The notes beneath the pieces are model-generated. The model searched no databases, was not told the DNA's origin, and saw only the letters and a list, made by a program, of their open reading frames with translations. DNA of 40,000 bases from Citrobacter amalonaticus (GTDB lineage: Bacteria; Pseudomonadota; Gammaproteobacteria; Enterobacterales; Enterobacteriaceae): positions 98,017-138,016 of the forward strand of contig NZ_JBALIF010000003.1 in assembly GCF_037053465.1 (NCBI RefSeq). Reading direction: 5' to 3'. Shown in pieces: positions 31,199 to 40,000 of the stretch (the stretch's first letter is position 1; each line of letters starts with the position of its first letter). The position numbers were made by a program, and so were the translations under genes.

Positions 31199-31644
31199 TA
31201 TTTTACCTGCTCTGCGTTCAATGCCTGCGCCCACTGGCGAGCAGACCGTTCAAGTAATGCGTACACCGCTTCAAACGCCTCGCGACTTTTACGATACGGA
31301 TCGGGAATTTCGCGCTCATTGTCCCAGTGACCGAACAGCATGACTTTGCCGCGCATCTCCGGGGCCAGTTCGTGCAGCGAGGCAATGTGCCTTTTTTCCA
31401 TCGCCAGAATCAGGTCATAGCCACGACACAGGCGTCCGGTAACCTGACGCGCGCTGTGCCCTTCCAGAGAGAGCTGATGGTCCGCCGCGACGCTCATCGC
31501 CGCCACATCAGCGCCTTTTCCGACCAGCGCCCCCAGACCTGCGGATTCCACGGTCAGTTGCGGGTGATACTGTCTGAGCAGACGCTCAGCCGTTGGGGAA
31601 CGGCAAATGTTCCCCACGCAAACCACTAATATTTTGTTAAACAT
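31198..31644 (-). CDS. wzb: Low-molecular-weight protein-tyrosine phosphatase Wzb
   Basis: 148 aa with the C-x5-R(S/T) active site (VCVGNICRSPTAE). Confidence 0.95.
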   Translation of the reverse strand: MFNKILVVCVGNICRSPTAERLLRQYHPQLTVESAGLGALVGKGADVAAMSVAADHQLSLEGHSARQVTGRLCRGYDLILAMEKRHIASLHELAPEMRGKVMLFGHWDNEREIPDPYRKSREAFEAVYALLERSARQWAQALNAEQVK

Positions 31645-31649
31645 GACGG

Positions 31650-32786
31650 TTACCAGTTATGAATGTCGCTGGCCGTATCCGTCATGTAACGGACACCGCT
31701 GATGGTCGGCAGCAACTGATTGATCAGACGGTTCCAGCGCGCAACCGGTGCGGTGGTGACATACACCACGTCATACGGTTGCAGGCGGAATTCCGTCGCC
31801 ATGACCAGCGAGGTCGCATCGGACATATCGAGCTGATAAATGTTGGCAATTTTGCCCCCCGGACCTTTGCCTTTCAGCGGACGGATAACAAAGATGCCGC
31901 TGGCGTTGGAGGTGGTCAGGTCGATACCTTCGGCGTTGCCAAGCGCTTCGGTCAGCGTCATGCCGCTGAAGTCCATCTTGAGGGTGCTCTGTTTTTTCAC
32001 TTCACCCATCACAAAGACTTTCAGATCGTCATTACGCGGCACATAGAGAATGTCGCCCGGATAGAGCAGACGGTTCTGGCTCAGATCGCCATTTTGCATC
32101 AGCGCCTGTAGGGAAATGCGTTGTTCTTTGCCGTTGTGAGTCAACACGACGTTGCGCCAGTCCGCCATTTCCGTCAGGCCGCCCGCGGCGTTAATCGCAT
32201 CGAGAACGGTCAGCGGAACGTTGGTGATCGCCTGCTGGCCCGATTTATTCACCTGCCCGGAGATATAGGCTTTTTGCGATCGGAAAGCGGCGATATTAAC
32301 GTCCACCTGCGGGTCAGCGATGTACTTCGCTAAGCGCCCGGTAATATCACTGCGGATTTCTGCCAGCGTTTTGCCAACCACGCTGACCTTGCCAATGTAG
32401 GGGTAGAACATGGTGCCGTCCGGCTGCACCCAGTTGCCGGTATCGCTGGAGCTACGGTATTGCCCCGCAGGGGTGGTGAGTTCAGGGTGATCCCAGACGG
32501 TGACGTTGAGCACATCGCCGGGTCCCACACGGTATTGGTAGCTGGCGAGTTCCTGATCCAGCGACATATTCGGCTGGGCGACGTTCGGACGGGGACGTAA
32601 TTGCTCAACCAGTCGTGGTGTAAGGGGATACACATTCACCATCCGGTCAAGATCAAAATCGGCGTCCTGCTGTTTAATCACGTCTTTACCCATCGTCGAC
32701 ATATTGCTGCCCGGAAGTACTGTGCAACCGCTTATCAGGGTCACTGACACCAATAATGGCATCAATTTCATTTTGGATTTCATCAT
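31650..32786 (-). CDS. wza: Outer-membrane polysaccharide export lipoprotein Wza
   Basis: 378 aa. It has a signal peptide with a lipobox ([11 protein letters not shown]), a PES motif region ([20 protein letters not shown]) and a C-terminal amphipathic helix region. Confidence 0.95.
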   Translation of the reverse strand: MMKSKMKLMPLLVSVTLISGCTVLPGSNMSTMGKDVIKQQDADFDLDRMVNVYPLTPRLVEQLRPRPNVAQPNMSLDQELASYQYRVGPGDVLNVTVWDHPELTTPAGQYRSSSDTGNWVQPDGTMFYPYIGKVSVVGKTLAEIRSDITGRLAKYIADPQVDVNIAAFRSQKAYISGQVNKSGQQAITNVPLTVLDAINAAGGLTEMADWRNVVLTHNGKEQRISLQALMQNGDLSQNRLLYPGDILYVPRNDDLKVFVMGEVKKQSTLKMDFSGMTLTEALGNAEGIDLTTSNASGIFVIRPLKGKGPGGKIANIYQLDMSDATSLVMATEFRLQPYDVVYVTTAPVARWNRLINQLLPTISGVRYMTDTASDIHNW

Positions 32787-32962
32787 TGATTATTTATCAC
32801 TTTGGCAGAGTAATTATCCTGTGCAATTTAAATAGCAACTTCACCGTACACATTTACATTGCAGCTAATTGAAAAGAAATTTAACTGGCATCAGTCCTAA
32901 AAAATTTGAATTCATCCGTAAGCTATTGACAGAATATTGCAAACTCATCCTCAGGCGTCAGG

Positions 32963-33001
32963 CACGCTACCGCCCCTGGCTTTTTAGCTACCAATACACT
33001 G
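32963..33001 (-). promoter_or_regulatory. JUMPStart element with ops core in the wza (cps) leader
   Basis: The plus strand reads cacgctaccgcccctggctttttagctaccaatacactg. The ops GGCGGTAG is the reverse complement of 32967-32974. A 22-nt block (ggcacgctaccgcccctggctt) is identical to the copy at 8444-8465. It lies about 180 nt upstream of the wza ATG. Confidence 0.85.
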
Positions 33002-33195
33002 ATTAGATTAGATTTTATAAACTTCCCCTTTCTCTTATTAACATAAAAGAGAAACAGGCAAAGTATTATGAGTGTCGGTCATTAATGAATTCAGATACCA
33101 CGCGATAATATTTTCTCGCCTATCATTAACGCTGGAAGAATTGTTACAGCTAACGTAATAGCAGGCAAGGTAACATACCTGCTATTCGCTGTTTT

Positions 33196-33209
33196 TAAGA
33201 TTAATATTA
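33196..33209 (-). promoter_or_regulatory. Candidate RcsAB box upstream of the cps promoter
   Basis: The plus strand reads taagattaatatta, with reverse complement TAATATTAATCTTA. It matches about 10 of 14 positions of the RcsAB-box consensus TaAGaatatTCctA as I recall it. It sits about 100 nt upstream of a weak -35 / good -10 candidate (TATTAT, reverse complement of 33105-33110). The promoter itself is not firmly located. Confidence 0.25.
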
Positions 33210-33460
33210 AGCGAAATAAACACCTGATTTTCGGAATTGCTTGATGTTGACAATATCTATTTATTTGTCCCACCCTGCGATATTTCTTAAATATATTCCG
33301 CAGAATGAAATCATTCCCTGTAGTAACTTTATGGTCATTATCAGTGCAATTACCCGGGATTAATACGTGATAAATCTCTTCTCGCCATTGCAATTTACGC
33401 CAGCTTTATCCATGATCGAATTGTGACAATTGTCATATAACGAAAGGTATTACGTTTACT

Positions 33461-35044
33461 ATGGAATGGATTGCCGATCCGTCAATCTGGGCCGGACTCA
33501 TCACGCTGGTGGTGATCGAACTGGTCCTCGGCATTGATAACCTGGTCTTTATTGCCATCCTCGCCGAAAAACTCCCCCCTGCGCAACGCGACCGCGCACG
33601 CGTAACCGGGCTGATTCTGGCAATGTTGATGCGTCTGCTGCTGCTGGCGTCTATCTCGTGGCTGGTCACCCTGACGAAGCCGCTGTTTAGCGTGCAGAGC
33701 CTGAGCTTCAGCGCCCGCGATTTGATTATGCTGTTTGGTGGTTTCTTCTTACTCTTCAAAGCCACCATGGAGCTAAACGAACGGCTCGAAGGGAAAGACA
33801 GCGACAACCCCACTCAGCGTAAAGGTGCCAAATTCTGGGGCGTGGTGGCGCAGATTGTGGTACTGGACGCCATATTCTCGCTCGACTCGGTGATCACCGC
33901 TGTCGGTATGGTTGACCACCTGGCGGTGATGATGGCGGCGGTAATTATTGCCATCAGTCTGATGCTGCTGGCGAGCAAATCGCTCACCCGCTTTGTGAAC
34001 AGCCACCCGACGATTGTGATCCTCTGCCTCAGCTTCCTGTTAATGATCGGGTTCAGTCTGGTGGCGGAAGGGTTTGGCTTCCATATCCCGAAAGGGTATC
34101 TGTATGCCGCGATTGGCTTCTCGGTGATGATCGAGGCGCTGAACCAGTTGGCTATCTTCAATCGTCGCCGCTTCCTGTCGGCTAACCACACGCTGCGTCA
34201 GCGCACAACTGAAGCGGTAATGCGCCTGTTGAGCGGGCAAAAAGAGGACGCGGAGCTGGATGCGGAGACGGCCTCTATGTTGGTTGACCACGACGACAGC
34301 CAGATCTTCAACCCGCAAGAGCGTCGAATGATTGAGCGCGTGCTCAACCTCAACCAGCGCACCGTCAGCAGTATTATGACCTCGCGCCATGATATTGAGC
34401 ATATCGATCTCACCGCGCCGGAAGAGGAGATCCGCGCGCTGCTGGAGAAAAACCAGCATACGCGTCTGGTCGTGACCGGTGGGCACGATGAAGAAGATCT
34501 GCTGGGCGTCGTTCACGTCATTGATTTGCTACAGCAGTCGCTGCGCGGAGAACCGCTTGACCTGCGCGTGTTGATTCGCCAGCCGCTGGTGTTCCCGGAG
34601 ACGCTGCCGCTGCTGCCGGCGCTGGAGCAGTTCCGCAACGCGAGAACGCACTTTGCCTTTGTGGTCGATGAGTTTGGCTCTGTCGAAGGGATTGTGACAC
34701 TCAGTGATGTCACCGAAACCATCGCCGGTAATTTGCCCAATGAGGCGGAGGAGATCGACGCCCGTCATGATATTCAGAAAAATGCGGACGGCTCCTGGAC
34801 GGCAAACGGTCATATGCCGCTGGAGGATCTGGTGCAGTATGTCCCGCTGCCGCTTGATGAAAAACGGGAGTATCACACCATTGCTGGTCTGCTGATGGAA
34901 TATCTACAACGTATCCCGAAACAGGGTGAGGAAGTTCAGGTGGGGGATTTCCTGCTGAAAACATTGCAGGTAGAAAGCCATCGCGTACAAAAAGTGCAAA
35001 TTATCCCTTTGCATAACGACGACGAGATGGATTACGAAGTATAA
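33461..35044 (+). CDS. yegH: TerC-family inner-membrane protein with CBS pair and CorC/HlyC C-terminal domain (YegH)
   Basis: 527 aa. [40 protein letters not shown] is a TerC motif. It is followed by a CBS-pair region and the CorC_HlyC tail ([21 protein letters not shown]). It is divergent from wza, as in E. coli and Salmonella. Confidence 0.9.
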   Translation: MEWIADPSIWAGLITLVVIELVLGIDNLVFIAILAEKLPPAQRDRARVTGLILAMLMRLLLLASISWLVTLTKPLFSVQSLSFSARDLIMLFGGFFLLFKATMELNERLEGKDSDNPTQRKGAKFWGVVAQIVVLDAIFSLDSVITAVGMVDHLAVMMAAVIIAISLMLLASKSLTRFVNSHPTIVILCLSFLLMIGFSLVAEGFGFHIPKGYLYAAIGFSVMIEALNQLAIFNRRRFLSANHTLRQRTTEAVMRLLSGQKEDAELDAETASMLVDHDDSQIFNPQERRMIERVLNLNQRTVSSIMTSRHDIEHIDLTAPEEEIRALLEKNQHTRLVVTGGHDEEDLLGVVHVIDLLQQSLRGEPLDLRVLIRQPLVFPETLPLLPALEQFRNARTHFAFVVDEFGSVEGIVTLSDVTETIAGNLPNEAEEIDARHDIQKNADGSWTANGHMPLEDLVQYVPLPLDEKREYHTIAGLLMEYLQRIPKQGEEVQVGDFLLKTLQVESHRVQKVQIIPLHNDDEMDYEV

Positions 35045-35053
35045 AGAAAGAAT

Positions 35054-35085
35054 GCCGGATAAGACGCTATCGCGTCTTATCCGGC
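35054..35085. terminator. REP-like perfect hairpin between convergent yegH and asmA; probable terminator, strongest for asmA
   Basis: gccggataagacgc (35054-35067), loop tatc, gcgtcttatccggc (35072-35085), forming a 14-bp perfect stem. On the minus strand it is followed by attctttcttta (U-rich). Confidence 0.7.
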
Positions 35086-35100
35086 AGGTATATCACCGTC

Positions 35101-36954
35101 TCAAAGTTTATCGAGCAACTTCTTCACGTCCTTGCCATCGCGAGAGTCTTTATTTCTTTCAGCCCAGTCGTTCAGGCGACGTTTTGCTTCATCCTGGACA
35201 TGCTTACGCAGCAACTGATCGACCTGCAGGTTGTAATTCAGCGCCTGCCAGTTGCCATAGACCCGAAGCGGAACCGGCGTATTTTTCAGGAAATCAATTA
35301 ACTTGCTTTCGCCCTTCCAGCCGTCCAGCACTCGTACGTTAAACTGGGTATCACAGGTCTGCCCCACCAGATCAAGCGTTCCTTTTCCGCTCAGTGCCAG
35401 CACCGGGGACTGCCCTTCCATGTTATCAAGCGTCAGCTTACCCTGATCCAGCGTCAGGTCGGTGACGAACCTGTCCAGACGCGTGGCGTTGTCGAAACTT
35501 TGCATCGCCTGGACATCGCCGCCGCTGCGTTCAACAGCCTGCTGAACCATCTGCTGGAAGTTCAAGCCGTCCATACGCGTATTACGCATGTCGACATGCG
35601 CCTGGCCCTGCCAGCTATGGCGAAAGGCTTTGGCGTCAATATCCGCACCGGAAAAATCGCCTGTCAGGGTCATTTTCCCGGTCAACGCAATGGGATAGTT
35701 GAAGGCCTTCAGGATCGTACCGATTTCGACATCATCCAGACGCGGCTGGAACGCCACGTTTGGGGTCTTCCCACTGGCATCCAGCGTACCCGGCAGCGAT
35801 ATTGCGCCGCCGTCGAGCTTCCCTTGTAATTGGGCAATCTCCAGTACACCGGACTGATTTGTCATGCGGGCCGTCACATCAGAAAAATTCATTCCACGCC
35901 AGGCCACATTATTCGCTTTCAGAGCGATGTCCGCGCTAAAGGCTTTCAGCCCCTGATAGGCGGGTTCATCAACACGGGTAGAAATAACCGGACGCGCCAA
36001 CGGTAGCTGACTCGCACTTTGCTCCTGTGAACCGGCCGTGGTGCTTGCACTTTCAGGCGGCGGTAACAGCGTGTCCAGATTCAGCGGGGCGAATTGTAAA
36101 TTGATTAACCATGCCGGTTTTTCGCTCAGCGTAACCTGCACGTTGCCGTTCAAAGAACTGTCATTCGCAGTGAGGCTAAGCTGGCTAAAGGTGAGCGTTT
36201 TTTTCTCTTCCTGCCACTGCGCCTGGAGTTGCCCCTGCCCCTGAATCCCCTGTTTTGGCAGATCCGCGCCCTGTAACTGCCAGCTTAGCTGCGAAATGTT
36301 GGCGGTTAAATTATGCGGGTAGTCGGAAGCGTCAACCGTTCCGTTGAACGCCAGGGCGAGATCGCGCTGATCGCGGTTAACCCGTCCGGAGAATTCGAAA
36401 GAGCCACGATGCTGCGCATCCTGTTCCATTTGCAGACGAATATCCCGCACGGTGACCTGTTCGTCGCCCTCATGCTGAAATACCAGAAGGCTGTCCGCTA
36501 CGCGAAGACTGGCGATGTCGAACGACCAGCCGCGATCTTCTGCCACATCCGGCAAGGTATTATCTTTCGGCGCGACCGGCGCGTTTTGACTGCGGACGGC
36601 TTCGGTTTGCGGCGTCAGTTGGATAACCGCCCCTTTGAGCATCACCTGTTTGACGCTGAGTTGATGACTCAGCAATGGCCACAATGCAACATCGAGGCGC
36701 ATGTTATCCGCACGAACCAGCGGCTCACTGGCCCCTTCCGCAGTTAACACCATCCGTCCGGAGAGAATGCTGAGCTGTGGCCAGACGTGCCAGCGCAGCG
36801 GACCATCCAATTGCAGTTGATAGCCGCTCCGCGCGGCCACCTGCTGCACCATATACGCGCGGAAATCGTTCGGATTGACTAACAATACTAACGCGGAGAA
36901 ACCGGCCACCAGCACGACCAGCAAAATCATCAGCGTCGTCAGAAATCGTCTCAT
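35101..36954 (-). CDS. asmA: AsmA (outer-membrane assembly / lipid-transport AsmA-like family protein)
   Basis: 617 aa. The N-terminal anchor MRRFLTTLMILLVVLVAGFSALVLLVNPNDFRAYMVQQVAARSGYQLQLDGPLRWHVWPQLSI closely matches E. coli AsmA. It lies downstream of dcd. Confidence 0.95.
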   Translation of the reverse strand: MRRFLTTLMILLVVLVAGFSALVLLVNPNDFRAYMVQQVAARSGYQLQLDGPLRWHVWPQLSILSGRMVLTAEGASEPLVRADNMRLDVALWPLLSHQLSVKQVMLKGAVIQLTPQTEAVRSQNAPVAPKDNTLPDVAEDRGWSFDIASLRVADSLLVFQHEGDEQVTVRDIRLQMEQDAQHRGSFEFSGRVNRDQRDLALAFNGTVDASDYPHNLTANISQLSWQLQGADLPKQGIQGQGQLQAQWQEEKKTLTFSQLSLTANDSSLNGNVQVTLSEKPAWLINLQFAPLNLDTLLPPPESASTTAGSQEQSASQLPLARPVISTRVDEPAYQGLKAFSADIALKANNVAWRGMNFSDVTARMTNQSGVLEIAQLQGKLDGGAISLPGTLDASGKTPNVAFQPRLDDVEIGTILKAFNYPIALTGKMTLTGDFSGADIDAKAFRHSWQGQAHVDMRNTRMDGLNFQQMVQQAVERSGGDVQAMQSFDNATRLDRFVTDLTLDQGKLTLDNMEGQSPVLALSGKGTLDLVGQTCDTQFNVRVLDGWKGESKLIDFLKNTPVPLRVYGNWQALNYNLQVDQLLRKHVQDEAKRRLNDWAERNKDSRDGKDVKKLLDKL

Positions 36955-36974
36955 GCTACCTCGATGGATTAGAC

Positions 36975-37556
36975 TCAGTCTTTATCAATCCGGCTGGCAA
37001 CAGCGCCCTGTTGATCGCGATACTTCGCGTCTTCACGACGGTTGTAGGGGCGAAGCGCAGGCCCCGAAAGCGGCTCGAAGCTCAACGCGCCAATCAGCAT
37101 CCCGGGACGCAGGGCCAGCGGTAATTTACCGGAATTATAGAACTCCAGGACGATACAGCCAGACCAGCCCGGATCGATACGGTGCGCGGTCACGTGAACC
37201 ATCAGCCCAAGGCGCGCCAGCGAAGAGCGCCCATCCAGCCAGCCTACCAGATCCGCAGGCAGCGTGACCGACTCATAAGTCACCGCCAGCGCCAGTTCGC
37301 CCGGATGAAGGTAAAAAGCATCCCCTTCTTCCAGCACAATCTCGTCGCTCATCACGCGGTCAAGGGCGGCGCTGACTTCATCTTTCGGACCACTTAAATC
37401 GATAAACGCAGCGGTATGGCCACTAAAGGTACGAAATTTATTGCCCAGGCGCACATCCACCGTCGCACCATTGATGCGCTCAACGGGCGGACGCGGGTTG
37501 ATCGACAAACGGCCTTCATCAAGCCAGGCTTCAATATCTCGGTCACACAGACGCAT
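36975..37556 (-). CDS. dcd: dCTP deaminase
   Basis: The start is set at ATG 37556-37554 ([23 protein letters not shown]), giving 193 aa, the canonical Dcd length. The ORF-track start adds 18 residues. Confidence 0.95.
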   Translation of the reverse strand: MRLCDRDIEAWLDEGRLSINPRPPVERINGATVDVRLGNKFRTFSGHTAAFIDLSGPKDEVSAALDRVMSDEIVLEEGDAFYLHPGELALAVTYESVTLPADLVGWLDGRSSLARLGLMVHVTAHRIDPGWSGCIVLEFYNSGKLPLALRPGMLIGALSFEPLSGPALRPYNRREDAKYRDQQGAVASRIDKD

Positions 37557-37647
37557 GGCACTTTCTCCTTTCGCGCATCGGGCACTTAACGCACTGTGCA
37601 TTAAGGGCAAACCAGGTTATCACTGAACGGTACACAATTCGCAAGGC

Positions 37648-38289
37648 TTATTCAAAGAACTGACTGATTTTCGCCTTCAGAATATCGATAGCGATGCGGT
37701 TCTTGCCGCCGCGCGGCACGATAATATCCGCATACTGTTTGGACGGTTCAATAAATTGCAGAAACATAGGACGTACCGTTTTCTGATACTGCGCCATCAC
37801 AGAATCCATCGAACGACCACGTTCGTTCACATCGCGTTTTATACGGCGCATCAGACAGATATCCAGCGGGGTATCAACAAAAATAGAGAAGTTCATCTCT
37901 TCCCGCAAACGGGCGTCAGTCAGCAATAAAATCCCTTCAAGAATAATGACTTTCTTCGGCTCAACGCGGACCGTCTCTTTCATGCGGGTGTGTTCAACGT
38001 AGCTGTAGACCGGAAGCTCAATTGAAGAACCCCGTTTGAGGGCTTGCAGGTGCTGAAAAAGCAGGCTGTGATCCATCGCATTCGGATGGTCATAGTTGGT
38101 TTTGACACGCTCTTCCATCGACAGATGGCTTTGATCTTTGTAATAGCTGTCTTCCGGAATAACGCCGATATGCTCGTCACCAACTTGTTCACGCAATTCG
38201 CGATAAAGGGTACTGGCAATAAGACTCTTGCCTGAAGCCGATGCGCCAGCAATACCGATAATGACGCACTGATGAGACTGCTCAGTCAT
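37648..38289 (-). CDS. udk: Uridine/cytidine kinase
   Basis: 213 aa with a P-loop ([13 protein letters not shown]). It is near-identical to enterobacterial Udk. Confidence 0.95.
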   Translation of the reverse strand: MTEQSHQCVIIGIAGASASGKSLIASTLYRELREQVGDEHIGVIPEDSYYKDQSHLSMEERVKTNYDHPNAMDHSLLFQHLQALKRGSSIELPVYSYVEHTRMKETVRVEPKKVIILEGILLLTDARLREEMNFSIFVDTPLDICLMRRIKRDVNERGRSMDSVMAQYQKTVRPMFLQFIEPSKQYADIIVPRGGKNRIAIDILKAKISQFFE

Positions 38290-38616
38290 AAATTTAGCGA
38301 CCTGATTAACCTGGATGTGAAGGAAGGACGACGCCGGAGCGTCAAACGCGGCAATTATAGGGATTTCAGGCCCGCGATACCAGTCAAGATAGCAGTAAGC
38401 GACGTTGGCTCTCGTTTATGCCCTGTCGCAAATTTATTTGTTCAGATTTAGAGCAGATAACTAAATAAACCCAATTTTGCCGAAATTAATCGCCTCGTCA
38501 TCTCAAATAATGAGCAATCAGGATATAAATTGTAAATTGTTTGTACTAGCATAAACAAAGACCAACACAGATTCGTCCGGCCTTCCGTGACGTTCCGGCC
38601 ACTCGGATACAGGGTA

Positions 38617-40000
38617 ATGAGTAAACCAACCCAACATGTTTTAGTTACCTTGCCCCATCCTCTGCTGCGTTTCGTCAGTTTGGGACTGGCGGCTTTTGTT
38701 TTTACTCTCTTCTCACTGGAATTATCGCAGTTTGGTAGCCAGTTAGCGCCGCTCTGGTTTCCCACCTCTATTATGATGGTGGCTTTTTATCGCCACGCGG
38801 GTCGGATGTGGCCAGGCATTGCCCTCGCCTGCTCGTTGGGGAGCGTCGGCGCATCGCTGGTCCTGTTTCCCCCCAGCACCCTGAATTTTACCTACACGGC
38901 TATCAATATTATTGAAGCCGCGGTCGGTGCGATGTTGTTGCGTAAATTGTTGCCCTGGTATAACCCCTTACAGAATCTCAATGACTGGATTCGCCTGGCT
39001 TTCGGCAGCGCGGTGATCCCGCCCCTGTTAGGCGGAATTCTGGTCTGGTTACTGGCACCGAATGAAACCCCCTTGAAAGCATTTCTCATCTGGGTGCTGT
39101 CAGAATCCATTGGCGCACTGGCGCTGGTCCCGCTAGGCTTGCTGTTTAAGCCGCACTATCTGCTGCGCCACCGCAATCCACGGCTGCTTCTTGAAACGCT
39201 GCTGACGCTGGTTGTGACGCTCGTGCTCAGTTGGCTGGTGATGAAATACGTGCCGTGGCCATTCACCTTTATCATCGTCTTATTGATGTGGAGCGCAGTG
39301 CGTTTACCGCGCATGGAAGCCTTTCTCATCTTCCTCGCCACTGTCATGATGGTGTCACTGATGATGGCGTCCGATCCGTCACTTCTGGTCACCCCCAAAG
39401 CACACGTCATGAACAACCTGCCGTGGCTGCCCTTTTTGCTGATTTTGCTGCCGGCAAACGTCATGACGATGGTGATGTACGCGTTTCGGGCCGAGCGTAA
39501 ACATATTACCGAAAGCGAGGAGCGTTTTCGTAACGCGATGGAATACTCGGCGATCGGCATGGCGCTGGTCGGCACTGAAGGGCAATGGCTGCAAACCAAC
39601 AAAGCCCTGTGTCAGTTTCTGGGCTATCAACAGGATGAATTCCGTTCGCTGACTTTTCAGCAACTCACCTGGCCTGAGGATCTGAATAAAGATTTAGAAC
39701 AGCTCACAATGCTGGTGAATGGCGATATTAATAGCTATTCCATGGAGAAACGCTATTACACGCGCAGTGGAGAAGTGGTCTGGGCGCTGCTGGCCGTTTC
39801 TCTGGTACGCCACCCAGATGGTACGCCGCTGTACTTTATTGCCCAGATTGAAGATATCAACGATCTTAAGCATACCGAATGGGTCAATAAGCGCCTGATG
39901 GAGCGGATCACGCTGGCGAACGAAGCCGGTGGGATTGGGATCTGGGAGTGGGAACTGCAACCTGACATCATCAGTTGGGACAAACGCATGTTCGAACTCT
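38617..40000 (+). CDS. dgcE: Diguanylate cyclase DgcE (YegE), N-terminal MASE1 and PAS region; runs off the right edge
   Basis: Absent from the ORF track because there is no stop codon in the window. Hand translation from ATG 38617 gives MSKPTQHVLVTLPHPLLRFVSLGLAAFVFTLFSLELSQFGSQLAPLWFPTSIMMVAFYRHAGRMWPGI (MASE1). In the same frame near 39541 it reads ...EYSAIGMALVGTEGQWLQTNKALCQFLGY...YSMEKRYYTRSGEVVWALLAVSLV...FIAQIEDIN (PAS). It is divergent from udk, as in E. coli and Salmonella. Confidence 0.9.
   Translation, partial: MSKPTQHVLVTLPHPLLRFVSLGLAAFVFTLFSLELSQFGSQLAPLWFPTSIMMVAFYRHAGRMWPGIALACSLGSVGASLVLFPPSTLNFTYTAINIIEAAVGAMLLRKLLPWYNPLQNLNDWIRLAFGSAVIPPLLGGILVWLLAPNETPLKAFLIWVLSESIGALALVPLGLLFKPHYLLRHRNPRLLLETLLTLVVTLVLSWLVMKYVPWPFTFIIVLLMWSAVRLPRMEAFLIFLATVMMVSLMMASDPSLLVTPKAHVMNNLPWLPFLLILLPANVMTMVMYAFRAERKHITESEERFRNAMEYSAIGMALVGTEGQWLQTNKALCQFLGYQQDEFRSLTFQQLTWPEDLNKDLEQLTMLVNGDINSYSMEKRYYTRSGEVVWALLAVSLVRHPDGTPLYFIAQIEDINDLKHTEWVNKRLMERITLANEAGGIGIWEWELQPDIISWDKRMFEL

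Noticed and set aside
33091-33393. 100-aa minus-strand ORF in the wza-yegH intergenic region
   Set aside because: It lies in the AT-rich promoter and regulatory region and overlaps the candidate RcsAB box and promoter. It has no SD and no recognisable motifs, and its composition reflects AT-rich DNA (K/I/N/F/L). Most likely it is non-coding. Only ribosome profiling or conservation of the frame would change this.
38448-38765. 105-aa minus-strand ORF spanning the udk-dgcE spacer and the dgcE 5' end, plus minus-strand ORFs at 38892-39110, 39156-39602, 39379-39663, 39694-39960 and 39756-39989
   Set aside because: All lie opposite, or upstream-overlapping, the plus-strand dgcE reading frame, which is clearly real (MASE1 and PAS sequence, open from 38617 to the window end). 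None has recognisable motifs.

Overview
The window is a well-known enterobacterial chromosomal surface-polysaccharide locus. The colanic-acid and flanking proteins look closest to what I remember of Salmonella enterica, but Citrobacter or another Escherichia relative cannot be excluded without a search.

Everything from 1 to 32786 is on the minus strand. Read in transcription order (right to left), the minus-strand genes are:
- udk-dcd-asmA (38289 to 35101).
- The complete 20-gene colanic-acid operon: wza-wzb-wzc-wcaA-wcaB-wcaC-wcaD-wcaE-wcaF-gmd-fcl-gmm-wcaI-manC(cpsB)-manB(cpsG)-wcaJ-wzxC-wcaK-wcaL-wcaM (32786 to 9819).
- galF.
- The promoter-proximal part of a low-GC Wzx/Wzy-type O-antigen cluster: rmlB-rmlD-rmlA-rmlC-wzx-GT2-wzy-GT4-fnlA', which runs off the left edge.

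Plus-strand genes are yegH (33461-35044) and the 5' 1.4 kb of dgcE/yegE (38617 to the right edge). dgcE is absent from the ORF track because it has no stop codon inside the window.

Non-coding features:
- Two near-identical JUMPStart/ops (RfaH) leader elements, one ahead of rmlB and one ahead of wza.
- REP/BIME palindromes at three intra-operon junctions of the cps operon, including a 4 x 85-bp tandem BIME array between wzxC and wcaK.
- A REP-like terminator hairpin between the convergent yegH and asmA.

All wca genes are intact and have the expected lengths. Several are translationally coupled through ATGA or TAATG overlaps. I see no tRNA, rRNA, IS or transposase, integrase, CRISPR, toxin-antitoxin or defence-type genes.

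I find no convincing evidence for a previously undescribed multi-gene system. The points most worth a second look are:
- The unassigned O-antigen module (wzx, wzy and two glycosyltransferases).
- A G8 homopolymer inside the roughly 30%-GC GT2 gene, a possible slipped-strand switch.
- The tandem BIME array.
- The Tat-signal, beta-helix-like protein WcaM, whose function is unknown.
- The long AT-rich wza control region.

The many long plus-strand ORFs opposite the high-GC wca genes are codon-register shadow ORFs and are rejected.
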